Virus record (IMG/VR): IMGVR_UViG_3300017792_000001
Span: 1 to 40,696 of that record
Strand: one strand, 5' to 3'
DNA from: a virus
Lineage: Duplodnaviria; Heunggongvirae; Uroviricota; Caudoviricetes
Length of the DNA: 40,696 nucleotides
Shown: positions 33,109-40,696 of the stretch, piece after piece
How positions within the stretch are numbered: the stretch's first letter is position 1
Layout: each line of letters begins with the position of its first letter
Made by a program: the position numbers and the translations under genes
The notes under the pieces: generated by a model
What the model was told of the DNA's origin: nothing
Seen by the model: the letters and a program-made list of their open reading frames with translations, nothing else
Database searches by the model: none

Positions 33109-33311
33109 TGTTTATCTATCGTGGACACCAAATGAATCAGGCACAATGCGACTGCATGACCATTGTGTTGAACGAACAAATGGAAGGCAAGCATCGTGGC
33201 ATGAAGAAGCTGAACGCCGCCTTCGAACGTGTTTGCAAAGAAAAAGGCTGCCCAATTCCTGACGGCATCGGCCCGAAAGGTCCAGATCCAATTCGTAAAC
33301 GGAGTCGCTGA
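33108..33311 (+). CDS. small hypothetical protein
   Basis: AAGGTG SD, TGATG overlap (MFIYRGHQ...). Confidence 0.7.
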   Translation: MFIYRGHQMNQAQCDCMTIVLNEQMEGKHRGMKKLNAAFERVCKEKGCPIPDGIGPKGPDPIRKRSR

Positions 33312-33313
33312 AC

Positions 33314-33937
33314 ATGACTGATACAAAGAAGCGCAGACCGACCAAGAAGGCTCCACGCACTGGTCGTCTGCCGGAAGCACCACGTCGGCTCAACCCGATT
33401 GAGCGCACGAACCCGATGCCTACTCTGGTAGAAGACATCCGGAAAATCCTGGTGGAGCATCACGTACACCACGAGAACCTGAGCGATCTGGCCATCGACA
33501 TTGCCCGCATCGTCCACTTCTCCATTCCGAACGGTGCGATGTACGACAGCAGCGTCAAGCTGGCAGAGTTTGTCAGCAGCATGGCATACAAGCCGCCAGG
33601 TGTGGACGAGAAGACCATCAAGCGTCTGCGCAAGACCGTGAAAGAATGCGGCTTCGACTGGAGCTCGCTGTGCACCAGAGCCGACACAGTGCTGAGCATT
33701 GCAGCTGGTGATCGTCTGCGTGAACTCGACCAGTTGATCTTCGAGGCGAACAACGACCTGATCGCTATCCACGAAATGCAGAAGAAGTACGCCAAGATGG
33801 GCGGTTCAAACATCACTGGCGGTAACGCAATCAAGACCAGCCTCCAGAAGATGGATCTGGAGCGTGAGCAACTGATCACCCGCTTCCCAGAACTGGTCGA
33901 TGATGAACCACGTGAACGCGAGGACACTGACGAATGA
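33314..33937 (+). CDS. hypothetical protein
   Basis: GGAG SD; strong codon bias. Confidence 0.8.
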   Translation: MTDTKKRRPTKKAPRTGRLPEAPRRLNPIERTNPMPTLVEDIRKILVEHHVHHENLSDLAIDIARIVHFSIPNGAMYDSSVKLAEFVSSMAYKPPGVDEKTIKRLRKTVKECGFDWSSLCTRADTVLSIAAGDRLRELDQLIFEANNDLIAIHEMQKKYAKMGGSNITGGNAIKTSLQKMDLEREQLITRFPELVDDEPREREDTDE

Positions 33938-34134
33938 GGGGTTGGGGCGCCGCAGATGATTTTCAGGAGCAGATACAAGCGACAGTGGACGAGCGCGTTG
34001 ATGAGGCTAGAGCCCAACTGTTGGGAGAAGGTTCTGAGGATTGTGAAGACTGTGGTCGCCCCATCCCGCCTGCTCGTCGTGAAGCAATGCCAAGTGCCAC
34101 CCGCTGTGTTGTCTGTCAATCACACTACGAATAA
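33934..34134 (+). CDS. DksA/TraR C4-type zinc finger protein (YbiI-like)
   Basis: GW...D..QEQI..T........R......S..CEDCG.PIP.ARREA.P....C..CQ. Confidence 0.9.
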   Translation: MRGWGAADDFQEQIQATVDERVDEARAQLLGEGSEDCEDCGRPIPPARREAMPSATRCVVCQSHYE

Positions 34135-34143
34135 GGAAAGGCC

Positions 34144-34476
34144 ATGAGCGAAGTTGAAGCACCTGTAAACACCGAAAACCAAGATGCTGCGAAGCTCCTG
34201 GTCCGCACCAAAACGAAGCTCGGCAAAGTTGTCCCGCAGTACGCCAAGGACATCGTTGCTGGCACTCGTACCGCAGGTGATCGCGCTGCAATGGAGTTGA
34301 GCATCATGCTCTGCCAGATGCGTGACACCAACCGCTCCCGACTTCTGCATGACGATGCGGAGCTCAAGACCTGGTTCGAAGCCTACGTCAAGGCGCACCA
34401 GGAAGACAAGCTCCACGTCATCTGCTACCTCTCTGACGCTTACGAGTGGAAGGATAAAAATGGAATCCGAATCTAA
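34144..34476 (+). CDS. hypothetical protein
   Basis: AAGGAAAGG SD. Confidence 0.8.
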   Translation: MSEVEAPVNTENQDAAKLLVRTKTKLGKVVPQYAKDIVAGTRTAGDRAAMELSIMLCQMRDTNRSRLLHDDAELKTWFEAYVKAHQEDKLHVICYLSDAYEWKDKNGIRI

Positions 34477-34822
34477 CATCTGGGTTGAAATCAAAAGCCT
34501 CAGCACCGGTGAATTTGCGCGTGACAGTCTGATCAATGTTCGGCTGTGCAAAGGTACTACCGACGAATTCGCTATTGATTGCCAACTCGGCAGTCATCGC
34601 TCCAGCACAGAGACGAACCGCGCCAGCATCATTGCGTTGCGTGACGCTCTGAACCAATTGCTTGCTGTGACAGAGCCAGAGAAATCTCCAGAACCAGCGC
34701 TGCACATGGAGCTTTCCGACGAGGCATACGATAACTTCGAACGCCAACTTGAACAGCGCCCGATGTCTACCAATCTGTCGCTGCAACGTCTCCTCCGTCG
34801 CAAGCCTACCTGGGAGCAATAA
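34460..34822 (+). CDS. hypothetical protein
   Basis: AAGGA SD before ATG 34460 (MESESNIW...). Confidence 0.75.
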   Translation: MESESNIWVEIKSLSTGEFARDSLINVRLCKGTTDEFAIDCQLGSHRSSTETNRASIIALRDALNQLLAVTEPEKSPEPALHMELSDEAYDNFERQLEQRPMSTNLSLQRLLRRKPTWEQ

Positions 34823-34823
34823 C

Positions 34824-35372
34824 ATGGCAAAGCCTGACGTTATTCTCAAGCACTTCCCGATTCTCAAAAGCAAGATCGGCCCAAAGTCGGTACCTGCAAT
34901 GTTCGTGTATTTGCATGAAGCCCAGTGTGAGCGCAATCATGGTCAGACAGCGAATCGTCTGGCGGAACGCGGCGGCCTGAATTGGAGCGAACTGTTTGCA
35001 GTGCTGCATGACAAGCCGTTTCGTTCCATGCACGAACAAGAAGCGCACGATGGTTGCATGTCATACATGGACTCGCTTGCCGCACAGCGTCATGCCTCTC
35101 AGTATGCTTTCACAGACGAGGGTATTGCGAGACAGGCAGCCCATGATGCAGCGCCCAAGTTAGAGCCGCGCTATCGTTTCGTGTGGTTGAATCTCGCTGA
35201 CGGTTCATTCAGCGAATCGTGGCAAGAAGGTGAACATCCGCCAGAAAGCAGCTTGCACGAAGAAAAGCTGGCAGCCGAAGCGGGCGACAGGGCGCCGTTG
35301 TTCAAGCTGATCAAATACGTCTGCATGAGCGACAGCAACTTCACGTTCGATCACCACATGAAGCTACGGTAA
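34824..35372 (+). CDS. hypothetical protein
   Basis: GGGAG SD; HEAQ..RNHGQT..RLAERGGL motif recurrent in phage proteins. Confidence 0.8.
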   Translation: MAKPDVILKHFPILKSKIGPKSVPAMFVYLHEAQCERNHGQTANRLAERGGLNWSELFAVLHDKPFRSMHEQEAHDGCMSYMDSLAAQRHASQYAFTDEGIARQAAHDAAPKLEPRYRFVWLNLADGSFSESWQEGEHPPESSLHEEKLAAEAGDRAPLFKLIKYVCMSDSNFTFDHHMKLR

Positions 35373-35665
35373 TGGGCGGGTCATTCGGCGGTATGATGAT
35401 GCGTCACGCCAATCGGTTATCTGGTTGGGGCTCGAATGATCCGCGCAATGTCGATGCCAAACCGCGACGCAAGAAACACCCGGACGATACAGCCGCACGC
35501 AAAGAGTTGGATCGCATTCGGGACACGTACATCGAAGCCAAGCGCAATGCGATGAAAGCGTTCCACTTGGGTGTCAGCAAACACTGCGACGATTGGGTTC
35601 GGGCCGGGTTCATCCGAGGTGATGAAAGCGTTCGGGAGCTGGTGCGAATTAGTCGCGAACTGTAA
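35372..35665 (+). CDS. small basic hypothetical protein
   Basis: TAATG overlap; fills the gap. Confidence 0.65.
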   Translation: MGGSFGGMMMRHANRLSGWGSNDPRNVDAKPRRKKHPDDTAARKELDRIRDTYIEAKRNAMKAFHLGVSKHCDDWVRAGFIRGDESVRELVRISREL

Positions 35666-35667
35666 AC
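35658..35667 (+). promoter_or_regulatory. AACTGTAAAC motif
   Basis: Exact motif 29 nt before ATG 35697. Confidence 0.7.
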
Positions 35668-35696
35668 ACGAAGATCAAATCCCAGAGGTTAAAAAC

Positions 35697-37328
35697 ATGA
35701 CAGCGAAAGCAGCAACTGCGGGCACAACGACTCGCGCTAACTCGGACAAGGCATTTGCAACCTGCGCTCACGAAGTGAAGGAAGTCTACGCCGCGAACAA
35801 AGAGCTTCACGGTCCGTTCCCGTTCTACACCGCAGGCCCACTCCTGTTCCAGGCATACGTCAACGCTTTCTCGACCAAGGGTATGCGTGAAGAAGTCAAC
35901 TGCCGCGCGTGCGCCGAGTTCATTGAACGCCACGGCCGTCTGACATTCATCACCAAGAAGGGCGAAGTGATTCCTGCGCTGTTCGACCACACCCGTGTCT
36001 CGGGTCAGTATCGCGGTCCGATCAAAGCAGTCGAGTCCATCGTTCGTGGCTCTGCAATCTCCAGCGTTGCGTTCTTCGACACTGCCGTCTTGGGTCGTCC
36101 TACCGACGGCGGCTGGCAGCATCTGAGCATTCAACACGGTGTACCTCGCCAGCAAGTGAAAGAAGGCGCACACTGGGCTGAAATGACGATTGCCCAAGAG
36201 CATCACAAGAACCTGACCCGCAGCCTGGCCGACTTCAACATCACGATCATCCGCCGCGTCCTCAAGTTCATCCAGAACGAGTCGATGCGTAATGGTGAGA
36301 AGGTCGAAGCGTGGGTGAAGTGGCTGGAACGCATCCACATTGACATCGCCAAGGCTGACGTGCGCCGCGAGAACCGCGAGAACATCATCTGGCGTTACGT
36401 CGCAGAAGCACCTAAAGGCTGGTGTGAAGTTCGTGGCTCGTCTATCGGCAGCTTGTTCAAGAACCTGAAAGAAGGTATGGACGACGAAGATGCCATCGCA
36501 CTCTTTGACGACATCACCAGCGCTGAGAAACACCTGCGTCCGACGGCTGCACCGACCGAAGGCAACATCAACCAAGCTGAACGGTTGATCGAAGCAATGG
36601 GCCTGGCGCCTTCGCTTGAGCGTCGTTTCTGCGGCATCAGCGAATTCCCACACATCTGGGATCCGAAGCCAGTTGAAAGCGCAGCAACTACCGGCGGCGT
36701 GTTTGACTCGCTGCGCACCAAAGCCAAGGGCAAGAAGAACAAGCCGGTCGAGACTGAACCAACGACTGACGCTACCACGATGACCTGGGCGAAGTTTGCC
36801 AAGAAGATTCTGCCGGAAGCACTGTCGATCAGCATGTACATCCCACGTGGCGCCCAGAGCTTTGGTGCGTTCCTGACTGCCGTGAATCCAGATGCGCCAG
36901 CGCTGCTCAAGTGGGACACTGACGAAGATAACCGCAACCCAGTGTCGTCGTATGTCCACACCGAAGGCTCTGTCGCTTCGCAGTGGTCGTTGATCGCTGG
37001 TACATATGTGCCGGTTCTCGCAATCGCCGTGATGCCATGGATGTTGAACCCAAACATCAAAGGTATGGGCGAAGGCATGTTGCTTGTGCTGGAAGACGCG
37101 CAAGATCAGGACGTTAGCAGCCTCGGCCTGTTCCCTGGCGATCTGCTGAACGCATTGCACCAAGTGCGTTCGACCATCGAAGCATTCAGCAACGACGGCA
37201 AGCTCCAGGAATGTCCGGAAGAACAGTTGATGTCCGGGTACATGATCAACAACAAGCGCGCCCAGTGCAAGCTGCGCGTAACCACCAGCCTCGGCGTGTC
37301 CGACTTCATCATCGACCGTTGGGAGTAA
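35697..37328 (+). CDS. conserved phage hypothetical protein (543 aa)
   Basis: GAGGT SD before ATG 35697; LF.AY...F...R...NC..C..FIER.G.L N-terminal motif. Confidence 0.85.
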   Translation: MTAKAATAGTTTRANSDKAFATCAHEVKEVYAANKELHGPFPFYTAGPLLFQAYVNAFSTKGMREEVNCRACAEFIERHGRLTFITKKGEVIPALFDHTRVSGQYRGPIKAVESIVRGSAISSVAFFDTAVLGRPTDGGWQHLSIQHGVPRQQVKEGAHWAEMTIAQEHHKNLTRSLADFNITIIRRVLKFIQNESMRNGEKVEAWVKWLERIHIDIAKADVRRENRENIIWRYVAEAPKGWCEVRGSSIGSLFKNLKEGMDDEDAIALFDDITSAEKHLRPTAAPTEGNINQAERLIEAMGLAPSLERRFCGISEFPHIWDPKPVESAATTGGVFDSLRTKAKGKKNKPVETEPTTDATTMTWAKFAKKILPEALSISMYIPRGAQSFGAFLTAVNPDAPALLKWDTDEDNRNPVSSYVHTEGSVASQWSLIAGTYVPVLAIAVMPWMLNPNIKGMGEGMLLVLEDAQDQDVSSLGLFPGDLLNALHQVRSTIEAFSNDGKLQECPEEQLMSGYMINNKRAQCKLRVTTSLGVSDFIIDRWE

Positions 37329-37331
37329 GTC

Positions 37332-38183
37332 ATGCGTAAACATCCAGCACAAATGGCACGGGTTCCGATCACGAACCCGCACGCCCTCAGCCGGCACTTG
37401 TTTCAACTGACCCAATCCCAGGAAGATCTGGATTTCAATTCGGATCTGGAATACCCGACTGACGGCAGACTCAAACCAGCGATACCATGGGACGAACGCC
37501 TCACCATCGAGATTGAGTGTGACGGTACTTCCGATACTGCTGAGGAAGAAGAAGAGGGCGCTGACTTCTTCGAAAACCTGAAGCTGGTCGTCACCACATA
37601 CAGCGATGGCACATACGGGTACGACCTTGAAGTTAGCACCACCAGTGCCGAGTTCAAGATCAAGGGTGACAGCCTGGACGAAGCGGCGGATAAAGTCTAC
37701 GAGGCCATCTGGTCGCCGACCAAACCTGATGCGCCGGAGGCTCCTATGCCTGCTGCCCGACCGCACATCAAGCTGGTGCAACACGCGCTGACCAACGGTC
37801 CGCAGACAACCTGGTTATCGTGGCTCGACATCACCAAGTTCAATTCGGTGAATGCTCTGACCTCGTTCCAGGTGTCTTGCTCGATGGTCGGGTACGCGGT
37901 GCACATCGCAGACGTTGACCACTTCCTGCGTGCCATCGACTTCGACCTGAACACGTTGAATGCACCGAAGCACGCAATCGCCCAGCGCGTTCTCTCTGCG
38001 TTGAAAAGCGCAGTGAAAGGCAAGGCGAACATCGAAGGCAGTGCCAAGATGAATGACGCTCGGGGTTTGAAGTACCTGACGTTCATGCTTGAACTGCAAG
38101 ACGGCACGGGCACTGTCTTCGGCATGATTGATCTTCGTCCGCAAGACGACGAGGAGGAAGACGAGGACGAGGTGGACGATTGA
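37332..38183 (+). CDS. acidic hypothetical protein
   Basis: GGGAG SD; poly-D/E runs. Confidence 0.8.
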   Translation: MRKHPAQMARVPITNPHALSRHLFQLTQSQEDLDFNSDLEYPTDGRLKPAIPWDERLTIEIECDGTSDTAEEEEEGADFFENLKLVVTTYSDGTYGYDLEVSTTSAEFKIKGDSLDEAADKVYEAIWSPTKPDAPEAPMPAARPHIKLVQHALTNGPQTTWLSWLDITKFNSVNALTSFQVSCSMVGYAVHIADVDHFLRAIDFDLNTLNAPKHAIAQRVLSALKSAVKGKANIEGSAKMNDARGLKYLTFMLELQDGTGTVFGMIDLRPQDDEEEDEDEVDD

Positions 38184-38617
38184 CCAGAATACCTGCTCGC
38201 TTCCGCTACATGGACTTGAGTCAAGGTATGGCGAAACTTGCAAAGGAGGTGGTGCTAGTTCATCACCTCGCTTTCCGCTCCTGTGAGTTTAGTTCGATCA
38301 TGGTTCATGCGAACGGCACTGCGCTGTCGTTCATGCTCCTCAAATGCAACAACGAATGGTGGGTGCGTGACACTTCGACGTTCATCAAGGCGATGCGAAT
38401 CCCTAAGCTGATCATCTGTGAAGCCACTGGCCAGCTCCATGATCTACAGTTGCAGGTGATCGACGCTTGTGCCGCACACGGTATCAGCTTGATTGCCGAG
38501 CCGCACATCGTCTACCACGACACTTTCCCGTACCGTCTGATCTTGGCTCTTTCAGCAACTGTAAACAATAAAGAGCTTCGCTTCTGGGCGTCGATTGATA
38601 TTGAACTGGAAATCTGA
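38180..38617 (+). CDS. hypothetical protein
   Basis: GAGGTGG SD, TTG start overlapping the upstream stop. Confidence 0.7.
   Translation: MTRIPARFRYMDLSQGMAKLAKEVVLVHHLAFRSCEFSSIMVHANGTALSFMLLKCNNEWWVRDTSTFIKAMRIPKLIICEATGQLHDLQLQVIDACAAHGISLIAEPHIVYHDTFPYRLILALSATVNNKELRFWASIDIELEI
38557..38566 (+). promoter_or_regulatory. AACTGTAAAC motif
   Basis: Exact motif near the gene end, 53 nt before ATG 38620. Confidence 0.6.
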
Positions 38618-38619
38618 CC

Positions 38620-38745
38620 ATGCAACAACAGCAAAAGAAACCGCAGCCCCAGCGGCCGCAACCTGCACCAGTGAAGGTGCAACAACCAAAGCAGTCGCAA
38701 GGCTGTGAAGTGGACCGCCTGATGGCGATGTTCGATAAACTTTAA
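38620..38745 (+). CDS. 41-aa Gln/Pro-rich peptide
   Basis: MQQQQKKPQPQRPQPAPVKVQQPKQSQGCEVDRLMAMFDKL*; fills the gap exactly; below the track cutoff. Confidence 0.55.
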   Translation: MQQQQKKPQPQRPQPAPVKVQQPKQSQGCEVDRLMAMFDKL

Positions 38746-38759
38746 AAGGAATCGCAGTT

Positions 38760-39176
38760 ATGCCAATGGTACTCCTCGTAATCGACCGTGACGCAATGGA
38801 AAAGGTCGAGCACGCTGCCGCAGTTGCAGACGTGAAGTTTGACACCCTGCTCAGCGAGCAATTCAACGAATTCCTGGTCAGCAAAGACTTCGCGCCCAAG
38901 TCGATCCTGAAGGTCGCAGCCAGCGGCGTTGCGCAGTCGGTCGATAGCCGTGACGAACTGATGACCAAGATCCTGGCTGCAGCCAGCGACATCAAAGGCC
39001 CGTTCACGTTCAGCGACGTGATCCCTCTGGTGCCAGAGCTGGCTGAAATGCCGAAAGCTGAAACCACTCAGTTCGCCAGCCAGTTTGCGCGCAAGTTTGC
39101 AGACAACAACAGCGGCATCGTCAAGCTCGGCAAGAACAGCAGCAAGGCTACCGAGTACGAAGTCCAAGGAGCCTAA
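38760..39176 (+). CDS. hypothetical protein with possible C-terminal winged helix (DUF1413-like)
   Basis: AAGGA SD; FTFSD......F...F....IVKLGKNSS....Y pattern. Confidence 0.6.
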   Translation: MPMVLLVIDRDAMEKVEHAAAVADVKFDTLLSEQFNEFLVSKDFAPKSILKVAASGVAQSVDSRDELMTKILAAASDIKGPFTFSDVIPLVPELAEMPKAETTQFASQFARKFADNNSGIVKLGKNSSKATEYEVQGA

Positions 39177-39177
39177 T

Positions 39178-39402
39178 ATGGCGCATAAGCAAGAGGGCGT
39201 GAAAGCGCCCTTTCGCATCAAGAAAATCACGGTGATTCAGCAAAGCGGTACGGACGAGATTCGTATCGACACTGACTTGCCGCTTGGTGTGTACCCGTAC
39301 GAAGGTTACCCGCAAGTGCTGCGCATGGAAGTGTCTAAGGGCATGGGTATCGAATACGTGCGGAAGAATTTCAACATTGAGCCAGAGGTCATTAAGGTAT
39401 GA
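39178..39402 (+). CDS. hypothetical protein
   Basis: AAGGAG SD before ATG 39178. Confidence 0.8.
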   Translation: MAHKQEGVKAPFRIKKITVIQQSGTDEIRIDTDLPLGVYPYEGYPQVLRMEVSKGMGIEYVRKNFNIEPEVIKV

Positions 39403-39770
39403 TGCAAGGTCACGAAGTGCTCACCCAGTTCCTCGGTGCGAATGTTGACGGTCGCATCCCAGCAACCCAGAACTGCAACTTCGGACCGATTGCAGTCTAC
39501 TTGCGTGCTGGCGTCTACCACTACGATCACGACACAGGCAAGCGTGAGCCTGCTGTTGGCATCGTCAACATCCAGATTGAAGAAGGGAGCGAGCGCGGTA
39601 AAGGCTTGTTCAAAGAATTCGTACTTGACGTGGAAGAAGCTGCTGCGTTTCGCGGCTACAAGTTTATCCGCTTCGAGCAAGTTCAAGGTGCCCACCTGCG
39701 TGATATGTTGCTCGCCAACGGCTATGTGCCGAGCGTTGCATTCGATGACGTTTTGGTAAAGCGTTTCTAG
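39399..39770 (+). CDS. GNAT-like acetyltransferase
   Basis: IVNIQI...ERGKGLF.EF...VE motif A, followed by I.FEQV....L...L..NGY. Confidence 0.6.
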   Translation: MMQGHEVLTQFLGANVDGRIPATQNCNFGPIAVYLRAGVYHYDHDTGKREPAVGIVNIQIEEGSERGKGLFKEFVLDVEEAAAFRGYKFIRFEQVQGAHLRDMLLANGYVPSVAFDDVLVKRF

Positions 39771-39779
39771 GAGAAGGTT

Positions 39780-40370
39780 ATGGGCGCAGACGTCCACATC
39801 GTACTCGGCAAGATCAACATGCAAGCCATTGAAGACCGCCGCAAGGCAGGCAGTAGCTGCACGGAGATTGCCTTGTTTCGTGATATGCCCGTTGCTGCCG
39901 AAGACTTCATGCTGATGAACGTGCCGGATGAATACGACATAGGTCGCAACTACTCATTGTTTGCGTGGCTTGCGAATGTTCGTGGGAGCCTCAAGCCGAT
40001 TGACCCTGAAGGTATTCGTCAAACTCAGACGTCCGAGTTTCTGCGCTGGCTTGATAAGAAGCGGATCGAGAAGCAGCGAGAGAACGGAGTTTCTAGTCAA
40101 GGACGTGTCGGCTATTATGACGAACTGGAAGACAGCCTGGATCTTGGGGATCACAGCCGCATCATCCACACAGTCAATTACCTGCGCTCGTTCAACTACG
40201 ACCAGATTGCGGAAGTGGATGACGGCTATGATGACGACTTCAATCCTCGATATGCACGCCCTATCGACGGCGAAACGTACCGTGCGTACTTTCCAGCGTG
40301 CTACTTCAAGCTGTTGGATTTCTGTGTCAAAGAGAACTGGCATTTCATCCTGTTTGGTTTCGACAGCTAA
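39780..40370 (+). CDS. conserved phage hypothetical protein
   Basis: AGGAG SD; MG.D.H...RNY.LF..LANVRG motif. Confidence 0.8.
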   Translation: MGADVHIVLGKINMQAIEDRRKAGSSCTEIALFRDMPVAAEDFMLMNVPDEYDIGRNYSLFAWLANVRGSLKPIDPEGIRQTQTSEFLRWLDKKRIEKQRENGVSSQGRVGYYDELEDSLDLGDHSRIIHTVNYLRSFNYDQIAEVDDGYDDDFNPRYARPIDGETYRAYFPACYFKLLDFCVKENWHFILFGFDS

Positions 40371-40379
40371 ACTGTAAAC
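40370..40379 (+). promoter_or_regulatory. AACTGTAAAC motif
   Basis: Exact motif at the upstream stop, 22 nt before ATG 40402. Confidence 0.7.
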
Positions 40380-40401
40380 TGCAATCAGTAGTGAGGGTAA
40401 C

Positions 40402-40626
40402 ATGAATTTCTTGCGTAGACTCTGGACTCGAATTACTGGCGGCAGTATCACCGACACAATCTTTATCCGTGAAGGTGTCATGACCCGTCGTACTGTGATT
40501 AACGGTAAGCATGAGGTTGAGACTCGGCAGATGACCGAGAAGGACTTTATCGTCGCAGATGAAAGCTTTGCTGCAATGAACAACATCCACGAAAAGATGA
40601 TGAAACAGTTTGGGGAGGGAAAATAA
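40402..40626 (+). CDS. small hypothetical protein
   Basis: GAGG SD. Confidence 0.75.
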   Translation: MNFLRRLWTRITGGSITDTIFIREGVMTRRTVINGKHEVETRQMTEKDFIVADESFAAMNNIHEKMMKQFGEGK

Positions 40627-40696
40627 TGGCGTACCTGTTTGCACTATTTTTGATTATCGTGGGCGTTGCCTTCGGCGCCTTCGGGATGTTTCTGTG
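40626..40696 (+). CDS. membrane protein N-terminus (partial)
   Basis: GGAGG SD, TAATG overlap; MAYLFALFLIIVGVAFGAFGMFL runs off the window end. Confidence 0.65.
   Translation, partial: MAYLFALFLIIVGVAFGAFGMFL

Noticed and set aside
33956-34147. Alternative + frame ORF over the DksA/TraR gene
   Set aside because: The 33934-34134 frame has the full C4 zinc-finger family pattern; the other frame has no SD or motif
34161-34170. ACCTGTAAAC as another promoter motif
   Set aside because: It lies 17 nt inside the 34144 CDS and about 290 nt from the next start; likely coincidental
35649-37784. Long minus-strand ORFs (711 aa here; also 22769-24343, 4136-5374, 25605-26723, 19880-20944)
   Set aside because: They are exact antisense shadows of + strand genes with strong codon bias, lack SD sites and recognisable motifs; all SDs, terminators and promoters point to the + strand
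1-40696. tRNA, rRNA, CRISPR array, integrase, transposase, intron
   Set aside because: By eye I found no cloverleaf, regular repeat-spacer array or relevant motifs, and intergenic gaps are mostly too short; a tRNAscan/Infernal run would be needed to exclude small RNAs formally

Overview
A densely packed, entirely + strand block of about 85 mostly short genes, at roughly mid-50s % GC (estimated by eye). The tight TGATG/ATGA overlaps, Shine-Dalgarno sites and C(UUCG)G-type terminators fit the accessory/early region of a large lytic (jumbo-type) phage of a Gammaproteobacterium. A Pseudomonas-like host is an inference from the dCTP deaminase tail, the YbiI-like DksA/TraR protein and the ACP-like domain; it is not verified. 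Recognisable products: dCTP deaminase (3' end), pyrimidine-dimer glycosylase family protein, HD/PDE-like phosphohydrolase, DprA/SLOG protein, stand-alone CapW/BrxR-type winged helix, two DUF1653-like proteins, GH108 muramidase, a divergent Acb2-like domain, DHFR with an N-terminal extension, an ACP fused to a long basic tail, histone-like basic proteins, NUDIX hydrolase, XRE-HTH protein, DksA/TraR zinc finger and a GNAT-like protein. The non-coding DNA shows three unexplained layers. (1) A duplicated 125-bp cassette in which a sigma70 promoter with an internal palindrome is bracketed by two inverted 25-bp boxes exactly 75 bp apart in both copies. (2) A recurrent AACTGTAAAC motif upstream of genes, probably a phage promoter; one copy appears to drive a nested in-frame protein. 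(3) A CGAAC-ATG start signature. One gene is interrupted by a single in-frame amber codon. I found no tRNA, rRNA, CRISPR array, integrase or transposase. All family calls come from motif recognition, with no database search.
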